A stretch of DNA of 64,000 bases from the human T2T-CHM13v2.0 reference genome, Homo sapiens. Positions 26,996 through 42,986 of the stretch are shown in pieces; the first letter of the stretch is position 1; the number at the start of each line of letters is the position of its first letter. The stretch lies in assembly GCF_009914755.1 (NCBI RefSeq), contig NC_060943.1. One strand, given 5' to 3'. A model generated the notes under the pieces. It saw only the letters and a list, made by a program, of their open reading frames with translations. It did no database searches and was not told where the DNA came from. Made by a program: the position numbers and the translations under genes.

Positions 26996-27504
26996 GAATT
27001 TACTCTTGAAGGCAGCTGAATGTGAGTTGCACAGCCTTGCCATTTTACAGGCAATCTACTTGAATAATGTCTATCTGAGCACTTCTCATGTGCAGGGCAC
27101 TATGACAGGCTCAAGGGACAACAAGATGGATCTACATGGGCATGGGTCCTTCCCCAGGCCCCACCACGAAGAGAAGAGTCTCCGGCACAGAAACGTCAGG
27201 AATGATGCTTACCCAGCTCCCACAGGATCCCAGACAGGAGTGCAAGTAGCTCCTCTAGGAGCTCTGAGAACAGAGGGGCTGGCATGAGCTGGCGGGGCAC
27301 TGGGGATGGGCCATGAAGGGTGTCAGGACATGGAGCAGCAGGAACCACCCTTCTCGTGGTAAGAGCCTGATTGTCCCATTAGACAAGCTCCAAGATAGGC
27401 CTTTCAAAGGCTCTCACCTGGAGTGCCCAAGGAGGCTTCTGCCTTGCACCCTCATGGGCAAGGACTTTACATGTGGTCTTGAAGGCTGGCAGCAAACCTC
27501 CCAG

Positions 27505-27785
27505 TGGATGTGATCTTGGGTAAGTTACCTATCTCACGTTAAGTTGACTGAGCCTCTATCACCTCATCTGAAAGCTCATAGAGCGATTGTGAGAACTCAG
27601 TGAAATCATGCGTGTTAATATTTTAGCTCAGTGACTGGCCTTAGGAATGCCCTGACACAGCATTGACTATTTCTCTCTAACCTACTAGCTCCATCTGAGC
27701 GAGAATTCTGTTTTGCTCATCACTGTATCCCTGGGAACTAGCATAGTGCCCAACACTTAGTAGGTACATAGTAACTATTATCAAA
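27505..27785 (+). mobile_element. MIR fragment followed by L2 3' fragment
   Basis: tgtgatcttgggtaagttac (MIR); catcactgtatccctgggaactagcatagtgccc (L2). Confidence 0.6.
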
Positions 27786-27849
27786 TTTTCTAATCTTCAC
27801 ATTTAAGCCACCAAAAAAAGGTAGGCATAGGTGAATTTACAAAACAAAG

Positions 27850-28365
27850 TGTGTTATCTCTCAGCAAAAAATCACCCTGCTATGCACACTTCTCTAGCAC
27901 TGGGGCTAGATGCCTGAAAACTGCATTTTCCATATTCTTTTGCTAGCTGACTGACTTTGGGCTAGGTTTCACTAATACAAAGCGCTGGGGATAAAAATGA
28001 AAGGCATGAGAAAAGGTGAAACTATTTTCCAGACGCTTCTGTGGCAGAAGTAGCAGTAGCAGCAGTGGAGGAGGGTCAGCAGGGAAGGGGACAGTAGCCA
28101 AGGCAGGAACAGTTGTGATGGCAGCAGCAGGCCAGAAAATGCAGGCTCAGGTTCCTGCTCAGGCAGCTCATCCTTAACAGCCATGGTCTCAGGGGCATCC
28201 AGCCATGGGGTTGCAGCTTCCATAGCTGTTACTCATTGGGTAAATTCACTGCACCTTTTTTCCCTCCTGTCACTTTTCTGACACCTTTGTAACCAACTCC
28301 TTAGATTAAATGCCCTGTTTTGAAAGACCTGGGGGGTGTCTGACTGATGGGATTTGAACTGATAC
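27850..28365 (+). mobile_element. LTR33-like LTR (ERVL)
   Basis: tctctcagc..caccct..ctggggct start, central cagcag-rich tract, cctttgtaaccaa..attaaa..ctgataca end. Confidence 0.65.
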
Positions 28366-30180
28366 AGTTAACTCATTCTTGGAGCAAGTGTCTAGGGGAG
28401 TCAGGGCAGCCCTTCTCCCACGGCCATTCTAGCGATGGTCCCACCTTTTCATCTCTGCACAGGAGAGGCTGTTATGAAGAAGCCTCACAGTCTTCCAGGC
28501 CCCACCTGAGACATGCCAATTCACATGGTTAGGCTGGTTGTTCATTGCACAGAAGTGCCCTGCTAAGGGTACATGCGTAGCTGAGACCTGTTCTCCAAGC
28601 CTGTGCCCAGACTGTGGCACTCACCTTGTGGGTGAGGGAGGCCTTTCTCTAAGATATACATAGGTAGATGATAACCCTGCTGAGACAGGTGGGGCCAGCT
28701 CTTTTCCAAAAAGCTCAAAGCCCCTAGCGCCCTCCCAAACACCCGCAGGGTCGCTTTCTGGGCTGACTCGGACATTTCAGAGGAAAAGCATTTCGGTCAG
28801 GATTAAAGAATAATTCCACTTAGGCAGAGGCCAGGCCAGACTTAAGCAAATTCCAGACACAGCAGAGCTTCTGGTGCGGCCTCAAACCTGGCTCTCCATT
28901 GCTCAAAACATCTCCAGGCCTCCCTCCTATTGTGTATGAGTTTCCACTGGGAAATTGACCTATTTCTGCCCTCACAAAGCTCCTCAGCAGTTGGACCTGC
29001 AGCAGCCAGAAATCTGTCTCCATGTCTCCTCTTACTAAATGAAGAACCCAGAAGACTGTACCAAGCCCCCCCTCCACCTCAAATCACTAGCTCCCCAGGC
29101 TGGGCCTTGGTAGCACCCACTGTTTTCCAGGCATCTGTGTCCACACTACATTTTTGAAGGGCTTCAGGTGCCTCTGATAAAATGCTATCAAATGAAAAAA
29201 GCCACCCATCTTTGGGCTCCCTAACCCTTGCAGAACTCAACATTTCTTTTCCTGTTGATGGGGAGAAGCAACACCACCCACTGAGTTCACTGAAACCGAG
29301 GCTTCCATATTCCCGCAGGAGAGTGCTCGTATGCTTAAAACCCTCGCCATATGTGTCGATTTAAATGGAAACCAAACGGGGAAGGATTCTGACGACAGTC
29401 TGTCACTGACTGGAGCGCTACTTCCTCCAGTTAATTTATGTCTTCCGTAATCACATTGAGGCTTTTTAAAAGGCTCTACCTGTGACGGCATTTTTTTTCC
29501 CCCATACGTTCACATTCAAAGGTCCCTGGCCCATGCGCTAATCGTCATTTTAAGACACCTCACGCTCCGAGCACTTTATCTTCCCAGCTCTTTACCTGTA
29601 TTAATTAATTAGTGCTATAAATACAACCAGCACATGACTACTCTGGAGCTAATCAGTCACTGACACGGCTCAGGACCTGGAGGAAAATTAGGAAAATTGA
29701 ATCTTTCCAAAAGTTGGGCCTATGCGAGGTAACTTAGTCAATCGTGTCCTGAGGGTCAGTGGGGACCAACTGATTTAGGCTCCGCCTGGGTAGAAAAGCA
29801 ATTTCCTGAACAGCAAGTCAGCAACGCTAGTTAAAGTGATTCTGACCTGTTATAAGTAAAGCATGAATTCTGTTTTCCTGCTGGTTGGGTGCACGACCAC
29901 TTACTGAGGGCCTGGTGCTGGCACAGCCCTCATCCTCGGCTGTACAAGGAATGTCAGAAGACAGTGTCAGGCCTTTCCCACTACCTTTTTATGGTGGAGT
30001 TAAAGAGAGCCACCATGCATTCTAGGGTTTGAAACATCAATCCCAAAAACCAAGCAAGGGAAATCAGGGGACTTGGGGTTGACATAAAGTATTAGAGATT
30101 CTCTGAGTCATTCAAAAAAATATTGAACATCTACGATGTGTTGCATGGCCAAGACGCTAAGATACTTGATGTCTATTCTT

Positions 30181-30504
<324 letters not shown>

Positions 30505-30630
30505 TTGATACATATTTTTAAAGGGCTTACAGCCACTGAGGAAGACAGATTTGCAAACCACAAGAAACATACCCAAGAATCCACAATGCTCAGAATTCAA
30601 GGTGTAGAATATCCAACAAAAGAATATTCT

Positions 30631-30921
30631 TTTTTTTTTAATATTTTATTTCCTTAGGTTATTGGGGAACAGATGGTGTTTGGTTACATGAGTAAGTTGT
30701 TTAGTGGTGATTTGTGAGATTTGGGTGCACCCATCTCCCAAGCAGTACACACTGCACCCAATTTGTAGTCTTTTATCCCTCATCCGCTTCCCACCCTTTC
30801 CCCTTGAGTCTCCAGAGTCCACTGTGTCATTCTTATGCTTTTGCATCCTCATAGCTTAGCTCCCGCTTATGAGTGAAAACATACGATGTTTGGTTTTCCA
30901 TTCCTGAGTTACTTCACTTAG
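30631..30921 (-). mobile_element. L1PB1-type short 3' end
   Basis: ggttattggggaacagatggtgtttgg; TSD aacaaaag(a/g)atattct at 30615-30630 and 30922-30937. Confidence 0.9.
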
Positions 30922-33202
30922 AACAAAAGGATATTCTAAACTGCCCAATTTATCTGGTCATTGGCCTGCCTAGAAAGGAGGCTGGAAGAAAAGAACTCTT
31001 GATTCGATCATAGGCCTCGAGGACTCTTCTTAGTGCTATCCAGCACTGTTTATGTTTAGCTTGCACCTTCACTCTGAGTTTCTGGGTCCAAATTCCGGGT
31101 TTGGCCTTGGGGAGTTCTCCTCCACACTAAGCTTTGGCCTGGCCTACAGACCTCTTGTCCTGGGGCTGGCCTCCTTGTGGGTCACAGGCAAACAGGGCTA
31201 AATGGGAGTGAGATCCAGTGAGACTGAATCCCTGAGGCTGATCTAGGAACCTCATTTCTCTAGCTCAGTTTCTTAATTTCTTGTTAACTGCAAAATAAAG
31301 AGCTCATCTCACGCAGAGTTTTCACATGAAACAGGAGCTGCAGGCTGTTGTTTATATCTGTGAGTAGATCACAGATCTACTGCATCTCAAAAAATAAATA
31401 AATAAATAAATAAAAATCAACAACAGTGTTAAGTTTAGTTTAAAAGAAGCCTTGAATGTACAGGGTGGGAGAGCTGGATTCTGCCTGATTAGGGTGGAGA
31501 GTGGAGGGGGTGGGCAGGAGGTCAAGAGGAATTTTGGAAGAGGTCCATTTCCAACAGGCAGGGTTAAGCAGTGCTAGGGGAGGGAACACTGCAGGGTACA
31601 GGAACCAATGTGGGCAAGGACAGGAATGGGCAGGGCATGCTGAGGAGTGATGAGTGGGAGCCCACTTTCAACACCCATCCCGAAAAGGCTCTCGGACTTC
31701 CGCACTTTATAGATTTCATTTCCTCCTTCAGTGTCCCAATCCCTCATTCCTCACCCAGTCAAGTGTCTTACAACAGCAGTGAAAGCAGCGACAGGTTTCC
31801 CTGGGAGCCAGCCTGCAGGGAAATGATCTCTTTATGTCTCCTGTGGCTTCCTGCCCTTCTGCACTCTCATGGTCCAGCTCTATTCTGAGGCAGTCCCTCT
31901 GGGTGGCTATGAATAGGTGTGTTTTATTCTTGCATCCTTGGTGCGACAAGCCACCCTCCGATAGTTTGCTTCTGCTCCTCATGAAAGAGTCCAAAATGTC
32001 CAAAGACAAGGGTTCCACCCATCCACATAGAAGGAAAAGTCCTACGACTGGACAAAGGCATTCTGAGCAGGTACAGGTTGAAGACTGTGAAATTGACCAA
32101 GGAAGGTGCCAATTTGAATTTTCTTAAAGTTTTTCACTCCACTGTAACAATGTATTCTCAGGCGAGAGGGGGCTCTAGACACCAAGTGGAGCTTGTGAGA
32201 GACACCCATTGAGGCTGTTCAGGAAACAGACACCACAGCCTGCCTGTGGATGCTTCCTCAAATTTCACCTTCTTGGAAAAGACACCATTCTGTTGGTGCA
32301 CAGCCAAGGCCGCCTCTGCTTTCTGGAAGGTGACTCTCTCTTTTAGGGATCTTTAGGAATCCCAGCAACTGCCCTGTGCTGTGCACAAACCTCAACATCC
32401 ACCAACACACAGAAATCCTGCTACCTCCTGGCCACTTTTCTATTCCACATCCCATAGCAAAAAAATTTATTGAAGTAGGATTGACAAACAGAAATTGTAT
32501 ATATTTAAGGTATACAACATAATGATTCATATATATATTTATATTTATATATATATATACATATAGTGAAAATATTTCCACAATCAAGCTAATTAACAAA
32601 TCCATCACTTCCCATAGTTACCCTTTTGTGTGGGGGGTTGGGGGGGTGAGAACATTTAATATCTACTCTCTTAGCAAATTTCAAGTGTGTGATACATTAT
32701 TATTAACTAGTCACCATGGTGACTATGGATTAGTCTATGGTTAGTCACCATTCTGTACTATGGTGACTATGGATAGTCACCATGCTGTACGTTAGATCCC
32801 CAGGACTTATCCATCCTATATAACTAAAATTTTATACCTTTTGACCAATATCTCCCCCTTGCTCCCACCCCTCTAGCCCCTGGTAAGCACCATTCTACTC
32901 TCTGTTTCTATGTGTTTAACTTGGTTAGATTCCACATATAAGTGAGGTCACGCGGTATTTGACTTTCTCTGCCTAGCTTATTCACTTAGCATAATGTCCT
33001 CCACATTCATCCATGTTGTGATAAATGGCAGGCTCTCCTTTTTTAAGGCTGAATAATATTCCATTGTACGTAAGTATGTCTGTGTACGTGTTGTATGTGT
33101 ATGTGTGTATACACATGTGTATGTATATACACATACAACAGACATACATATACACATTGACATACAAGACACACACAGCAGTTTCTTTATCCATTTAACT
33201 AT

Positions 33203-33593
33203 TGTCTTAGTCTTTTTTCTCTTGCTATAACAAAATACCACAGACTGGGTAATTTACAATAAACAAAAATTTATTGGCTTACAGTTTGGGAGGCTGCAAA
33301 GTCCAGTATCAAGGTGCTGGCATCTTGCAAGGACCTTCTTGATACATCATCCCATGGTGGAAGAGCAAAAAGGCAAGAATGGGTGAGAGAGGCAAAAGAA
33401 AGCCCAACTCATACTTTTATAAGGAACCTGCTTTCGCAATGATAAATCTACTCCCAAGATGGCAGCATTAATCCATTAATCCAATAGAATCCTCATGGCC
33501 TAATAACCTCTCATTAGGCCCCACCTCTCAACACTGTTGCATTGGGGATTAAGTTTCCAACACATGCTTTTCCAACACATTCAAACCATACCA
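33203..33593 (-). mobile_element. MST-family MaLR solo LTR
   Basis: tgtcttagtc..gctataacaaaatacc..ttcaaaccatacca; 5-bp TSD act(a/g)t. Confidence 0.88.
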
Positions 33594-33709
33594 ACTGTCA
33601 GTGGACACTTCCAGATCTTGGCTTTTATGGATAAAGTTATTTCCAGATCTTGACTTTTATGGATAAAGCTGCAATTAAGTGGGAGTGCAGATATCTCTAT
33701 TAGGTCATA

Positions 33710-34118
<409 letters not shown>

Positions 34119-34624
34119 TAACAATATACAAGGGTTCACTTTTCTCCACATTCTTGCCAACACCTATCTCTGCCTTTTTGATAATAGCCTTCCTAACAGC
34201 TATGAGATAATATCTTATCGTGATTTTGATTTGCAGTTCCCTGACAGTGATGTTAAGCACCTTTTTATATGCCTGTTGGCCATTATGTCTTCTTTGGACA
34301 AATGTCTATTCAGGTCCTTTGCCCATTTTAAAATCAGGTTATTTGTTTTTTTACTATTGAGTTATTGAGCCCTTTATATATTTTGGATATTAACCCTTTA
34401 TCAGATATATGGCTTGTAAATATTTTCTCCCAATACATATGCTACCTTTTCATTTTGTTAATTGTTTCTTTACTGTGCAGAAGCTTTTCAGTTTGATATA
34501 GTCCCATTTATTTAATTTTCTTTTATAGCCTGAGCTTCTGGTGTCATATCCAAAATAATCATTGCCAAGACCCATGTGAAGAAGCTTTTCCCCTACATTT
34601 TCTTTTAAGAGTTTTATGATTTCA

Positions 34625-34934
34625 GGCCAGGCGCGGTGGCTCACGCCTGTAATCCTAGCACTTTGGGAGGCTGAGGCAGGTGGATCACAAGGTCAAAAGA
34701 TCAAGACCATCCTGGTTAACATGGTGAAACCCCATCTCTACTAAAAATACAAAAAATTCACCGGGCGTGGTGGCACGTGCCTGTAGTGTAGTCCCAGCTA
34801 CTCAGGAGGCTGAGACAGGAGAATCACTTGAACCCAGGAGGCAGAGGTTGCAGTGAGCTGAGATCATGAGATCATGCCACTGCACTCCAGCCTGGGCAAC
34901 AGAGCAAGACTCCGTCTAAAAAAAAAAAAAAAAA
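34625..34934 (+). mobile_element. AluSc-type with two micro-duplications
   Basis: ggatcacaaggtcaaaagatcaagaccatcc; tgtag x2 and gagatcat x2; TSD core ttttatgatttca. Confidence 0.9.
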
Positions 34935-36818
34935 CGAATTTTATGATTTCAGGTCTTATGTTTAAGTCCTTAATCCATTTTGAGTTGATTTTTGTGTATG
35001 GCATAAGAATAAGGATTCATTATCATTCTTTTGTATGTGAATATTCAGTTTCTCCAGCAACATTTAATGAAGTGATTGTCCTTTCTCATTGTTTATTCTT
35101 GTTGTTTTTGTCAAAGATTAGTTGATCATATACTTGTGAGTGAATTTCTGGGCTCTCTATTCTGTTCCATTGATTTATGTTTCTGTTTTTATGCCAGTAC
35201 CATACTGTTTTGATTACTATAGCTTTGTAATATAAGTTGAAATCAGAAAGTTTGATGCCTGCAGCTATGTTCTTCTTTCTTAAAACTGCTTTAGCTATTT
35301 GGGATCTTTTGTGGTTCCTACAAATTTAAGATTGTTTTTTATATTTCTATGAAAAATGCCATTGGAATTTTGATAGGGATTGCACTGAAATTTTAGGTCA
35401 CTTTGGATATATGGACATTTTAATAATATTAATTCTTCCAATGCATAAAACACAGGATATCTTTCCATTTATTTGTGTCTTCTTTAATTTCTTTCATCAA
35501 CATTTTATAGTTTTCAGTGTACAGATCTTTCACCTCCTTGGATACATTTAGTCCTAAGTATTTTATTCTTTTTGATGCTGTCATAAAAGGAATTTTTTTA
35601 ATTTCTTTTTCTAGTAGTTTGTTTTTAGTGTATAGAAACAATTGATTTTTGTATGTTGATTTTGTATTCTGCAACTTTACTTAATTCATTTATTCTAACA
35701 GTTTTTTGGGGATGTCTTTAGGGTTTTCTATATATAAAATCATGTCATCTGCAGAGAAAATTTAACTTCTTCCTTTCTGATTTGGATGCCTTTTATTTCT
35801 ATTTCTTGCCCAAGTGCTCTAGCTAGAATTTCCAGTACTTTGTTGAATAGAAGTGGATAGAGTGGACATCCTTGTCTTATTCCTGATATTAGAGGAAATG
35901 ATTCAGCTTTTCACTGTTGAGTTTAATGTTATCTGTGGGCTTGTCATATATGGCCTTTATTATGTTGAGGTGCATTCCTTCTACACCTAATTTGTTGAGA
36001 GTTTTTATCATGAAATTATGTTGAATTTTGTCAAATGCTTTTTTGCTCTTATTGAGACGATCATATGGTTTTTATCTTTAATTCTGTTAATATCATGTAT
36101 CACATTTATTGGTTCGTGTACATTGAACTATCCTTGCATCCTGGGGATAAATTCCATTTGATCATGGTATATGAGTTTTTGTGTGCTATTGAATTCAGTT
36201 TGCTAGTATTTTATTGAGGATTTTGGCATTTATTTTCATCAGAGATGTTGGAAAGTAATTTTTTCTTATAATCTCCTTGTCTGGCTCCTCTATTAGGTAA
36301 TGCTGGGCTTCTGAAATGAGTTTGGAAGTATTTCCTTTTCTTCAATTTTTGGTAGAGTTTGAAAATTGCTATAAATTCTTTTTTTTAAGTTTGGTAGAAT
36401 TCACCAGTAAAGCCATCTGTCTATGGGCTTTTCTTTGCTGGGAGATTTTTCATTACAGATTCAATTTCCTTGTTTTTCATTGATCCATTCATATTTTCTA
36501 TTACTTTATAATTCAGTCTCAATATGTTCTATTGTTTCTCTAATCACTATTTCATTTATTTCTGCTCTGATCTTTGTTATTTCCTTTCTTCTGCTTACTT
36601 ATGTTGGGCTTAGTTTGTTCTTTTTCTAGTCCCTTGAGATGTAAAGTTAAGTTGTTTATTTGAGATCTTCACTCCTTCTTAATGTTAAGTAAGTATTTAT
36701 CGATAAAAATTTCCCTCTTAAACTGCTTTTGCTGCATCCCATAAATTTTGGTATATTTCATTTCCATTTTGTTTATCTCAATTTTTTAAAAAAATTTCTT
36801 CTTTAACCCATTGGTTGT

Positions 36819-37153
36819 CACTATGATCTGAATATTTGCATCCCCCTTGAAACCCTAACCAATACCAATATGGTATTGGGCGGCGGGTGGGGGGGCTTTG
36901 GAATGCAGAGCCCTCATGATTAGGATTAGTGCCCTTATAAAAGAGACGTCACCAAGCTAGCTAGCCCCTTCCTCCATGTGAAGTTACAGTGAAAAAACAT
37001 TAGTCTATGGAGAAAGCAGGCCCTCACCAGACATTGAAACTTTCATTGCCTTGATCTTGGACTTAACCTCCAGAACTGTGAGAAATATGTTTATTGTTGA
37101 TAAGCTACCTAGTTTATGCTACTTTACTAGAAATGCCTGAGCAACCTAAGACA
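36819..37153 (+). mobile_element. MLT1A-type MaLR solo LTR
   Basis: attagtgcccttataaaagag..cctccagaactgtgagaaat..ctaagaca; 5-bp TSD gttgt. Confidence 0.88.
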
Positions 37154-37691
37154 GTTGTTCATAAGTGGTGTTCAATTTCCACATATTTGTTAATTTTTCC
37201 AGTATTCCTCTTGTTGTTAATTTCTAGTTTTATACCACTGTAGTCAGAAGAGATACTTAATATGATTTCAATATTCTTAACATTTTTCAAGACTTGTTTT
37301 GTGACCTAACATATGATCTATCCTAGAGAATATTCCATGTGTGCTTAACAAGAATGTGTATTTGGTTGCTGTTGGATACAGTGTCCTGTATATGTCTGTT
37401 AGGTTTATTTGGTCTAAGGTTCAGTTTAAGTCCAATGTTCCTTATTTATTTTATATCTGGATGATCTGTCTGTTTTTTTAAAATGGGGTATTGAAGTTCC
37501 CCTTCTATTATTGTATTGCTGTCTATTTCTCCCTTCAGATCTGTTAATATTTGCTTTATATATTTAGGTGTTCCAATGCTTAAGGCATATATATTGTCAT
37601 ATTCTCTTGATAAATTGATCCCTTTATCATTATATAATGACCTTATTTGTCTCTTGTGACAGTTTTTTACTTAAAGTCTATATTTTTCTGA

Positions 37692-38093
<402 letters not shown>

Positions 38094-38604
38094 AAATTAA
38101 ATCTTTTTTAAAAAAATCCAGTCAGCCACTGTATGTCTTTTGATTGGAGAAATTAACCCACTTACATTTACAGCAATTATTGATAGGTAATTACTTCCTA
38201 TTCCCATTTTGTTAATTGTTTTCTAACTATTCTGTAATTTTGTTTCTTTCTTCCTCTCTTGACATCTTCTTTTGTGATTTGATGGTTTCTATAATGGCAT
38301 GCTTTGATTTCTTTCTTTTTATCTTCTATGTATCTACTAAGGCTTTGCTTTGTGGTTACCATGGGGCTTACATGAAACATCTTATAATTAGATAAATCTA
38401 TTTTAAGCTGATAACAACTTAACTTTGATCACATACAAAAACTCTACACTTTTACTTCTCTCCTCACATTTTATGCTTTTGATGTCACAATTTACTTATT
38501 TTTATATTGTGAGTCCATTAACAAATCATTGTAGCTATAGTTATTTTTCATACTTTTGATTTATACACCACCATTACAGTATACAAGTATTCTGAATTTG
38601 AGTA

Positions 38605-38934
38605 CAGATAGTCCCTGACTTACAATAATTCAACTAATGATGCTTCAACTTTACAGTGGTCCAAAAGCAATACACACTTAGAAAGAAAAATAAAACAAAA
38701 CAAAAAATTTCAGTATAGTATTCAAGCAATTACATGAGATATTCAACACTACTATAAAATAGGCTTTGTGTTAGATTATTTTGCCCAACTTTAGGCTAAC
38801 ATAAGTATTCTAGATATGTTTAAGCTATAACATTCAGTGAGTTGAGTGTATTAAATGCATTTTCAACTTATAATGTTTTCAACTTTTGATGGTTTTATCA
38901 GGACATAACCCCATCATAAGTCAAGGAGCATTTA
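38605..38934 (-). mobile_element. MER47A (TcMar-Tigger DNA transposon)
   Basis: cagatagtccctgacttac and cataagtcaaggagcattta termini; TA dinucleotide on both flanks. Confidence 0.85.
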
Positions 38935-39028
38935 TATATACTTACCTTTACCATTAAGTTTTATACTTTTATACGTTTCATGTTACAAATGAGTGTCCTT
39001 TCATTTCAGCTTGAAGAATTTCTTCAGT

Positions 39029-39327
<299 letters not shown>

Positions 39328-41624
39328 TTCTTCAGTATTTCTTATAAGGCAGGTCTAGCAGTGATGAACTCCTCCAGTTTTTGTGTGTCTGGGAAAGTTT
39401 TTATCTCTCCCTCATTTCTGAAGGATAGCTTTTCCAGGTAAATTGTCCTTAGTTGGTAGGTTTTTTTTCTTTTAGCACATTGAATACAATATATTTGACT
39501 ATATCCTACTCTCTCCTGGTCTGCAAAGTTTTTGCTGAGAAATCTGCTGATAACCTTATGGGGGTTCCCTTGTATGTGACCCATCTATTTTCTCTTGACT
39601 CTTTCAAAATTCTCTTTGTCTTTGATTTTTGACAATTTGACTACAGTGTTCCCCACTGAAGTCTTCTTTAGATTGAATCTGTTTGGGGACCTTTGATCAC
39701 CATGTATGTGGCTGTCCATATCTCTCCCACTATTTGAAAAGTTTTAGCCATTATTTCTTTAAATAAGCTTTTGCCCCTTTCTCTCTCTCTTTTCCTTGTA
39801 AGATTTCCATAGTGTGGAAATTTTATTTCTCTTGGTGATGTCTCATTAATTCTGTAAGTTTTCTTCATTCCTTTTCATTCTTTTTTCTCCTCTGACTGGA
39901 TAATTTCAAATGACCTGCCTTCAAATTCACATATTCTTTCTTCTGCTTGATCAAGCCTGCTGTTGAAGCTCTCTATTGCATTTTTGCATTCCATTCATTG
40001 TTTTCTTCAGCCCCATAATTTCTGTTTGGTACTTTTGTGATTTCTTTCTCTTTGTTGAATTTGTTCGGTTCATGTATTATTCTTCTGATTTCATTGAGTT
40101 GTCTATCTGTATTCTCTTATAGGTAGGTGAGCTTTCTTAAGACAATTATTTTGAATTATTTGTCAGGCACTTTTTATAGATCTTCATTTCTTTGGGGTCA
40201 GTTACTGGAAAATTACTGTGTTCCTTTGGTGGTGTTATATTTCCCTGGTTGTTTGTTTGTTTGTTTTTTATGTTCCTTTAAGTCTTGCATTGATGTCTTT
40301 CCGCTTGAAGAAGCAGTCACCCCTCTGACTTGCTTTGGGAGACAAATGCCTTCACCAGTAAACCTGATTAGAAATTCCAAGCCCTCTCAGACATTTTTAA
40401 TGAAAGCATCCATTCCACCCTTCTTGTTTCCTCTTAGGTTGGATGGAATTCTTAAGATTGTATGCCTTCTTTCAATTTTAAAGCCATGCTGGGTGTTGAG
40501 AACCTCCCTCATTTCCCATATGACAGTGTTTTGAAATGCTTAAATTTGTGTGCCTTCTCCCAATTTCCCAGAGTCAAGCTGGCTGACTATACATGCTTGT
40601 TAGCCAACTGCAAAGGCTAACACTCACTTTCCAGGGGTACACACAGGGAGCCAGCCATGGGTGGAGAGATAGGTGAGGTGTTTGGAGCATTGAGGTGTCC
40701 ATGGGTCAACTGGAGGATCTGCAGGTGAGGCATCCCAAACAGCTTGTGGGCAGGCTTCCTGATGGATTCTGCAAAGCAGTTAGTAGGATTGTGGCCCTTT
40801 GTTGAGTCCCATGTCCTAGTTACTGTGAGTCTCCACCTCTTTTTCCTACTCCCAGCTTCTCCCAGCTACTCACCATACTTATGTCCTCAGTATTCTAGAC
40901 AAGTATGACAGGCAAGAAAAAGATGAGCCTCTTGGACAGCATTCCACGCAGCTGTGGAACCTGGGCACTCACTCATTGCTCTCATTTTTTCCTGTGGGAG
41001 GAATTGCAGGTGAGGGAATCTCTTCTGTCATTGAGCTGTGACCCCATGGTGGAGGGAAGATGCTGGTAAAGTAAAGATGTTCTTACCCTCTTGAATGCAT
41101 CTGTTCTCAGATTTTATGATTCAACTGTGTGCTGGAACTTCTCCCACTGGACTCTCAGATTCCCACAGAGGTACTCTTATCTTTGGGTGACTGTCAAAAT
41201 CAGTGCCCTATAGATAAATGATGATAGAAAATTCCTATTCCACCATCTTGCTGACATCATTGTCTTCCATTTGTTTTCTGTTCTGAAGTTTCCTATGCTC
41301 TCTAGGGCTGCTTCTCAAGGCCACCTGCCCACATCATTGGTGCCTTCTCTCAACTGCCCATGGTTTCTGCAAGATTGCCCATGAAACTGTGTTGTAGTCC
41401 AGCTCTTATGCTCTCAGAACAAGAAACCTAGAATAATAAAAATACCAGATTTAAGCCCAGAATCCACTTCAGCAGCACTCAGATCTTCCAAATGAAGAAA
41501 GCTAATTATCTGCACCCACTCTTCCTTAAAACAGCAACATTCAAAAAGAAGTGAGCAGCTCCTCTCCAAAGATGTGTAAGCAGAGGCACAGGAACTATCT
41601 GTTCTCAGCCAAAGATATTCTAGC

Positions 41625-41975
41625 CTTGTGCTACTACCAATGTGGTCCATGGACCAGCTGCATAAGCATCACCTGGGATGCATCAGAAATGCAGAATCTT
41701 GTTAGAAATGCTCCCTCCACTCCAGATCTACTGAATTAGAGTCTGCACTTTATCAAGATCCCCAGATGATGCATGTACATATTAAGGGTTGAGAAGTGTT
41801 AGTTCCCAGCCACAGCAGCACATTAGAATAACCTTGGCAACTTTAGTTTTTAAACGTCAACACCCAGGCCCCATCCACAACCAAGTAAATCAGACTCTCT
41901 GTGAGTGGGGCCCAGACATCTGAATTTTAAATGTTCCCAATGGGATTCTAATGTGGCCTGAGTGAGAACTTCCCA
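41625..41975. mobile_element. Two adjacent MER5 (hAT-Charlie) fossils
   Basis: tgtggtccatggaccagc..catcacctggga..ctactgaattagagtctgca (to ~41800), then cacattagaataacc..cccaggcccc..aaatcagactctctg. Confidence 0.78.
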
Positions 41976-42087
41976 TGAAGATTCCTTCACTTCATACCCA
42001 GCTAGACTTGAGAAATTTTCCTTCTCTTCTTTGTTGCTTTTTCGTAGGTAATATGTGCACATAACTTTTTTAAAGTCAAAGAATATA

Positions 42088-42427
<340 letters not shown>

Positions 42428-42466
42428 CTAGTGTACAGTGAAAAGAAAGTCTCTCTCCATCTCTAA

Positions 42467-42986
<520 letters not shown>

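Noticed and set aside
40127-40534. 135-aa hydrophobic ORF
   Set aside because: Antisense to the L1 ORF1/5' region; T-rich composition explains the open frame and the hydrophobicity
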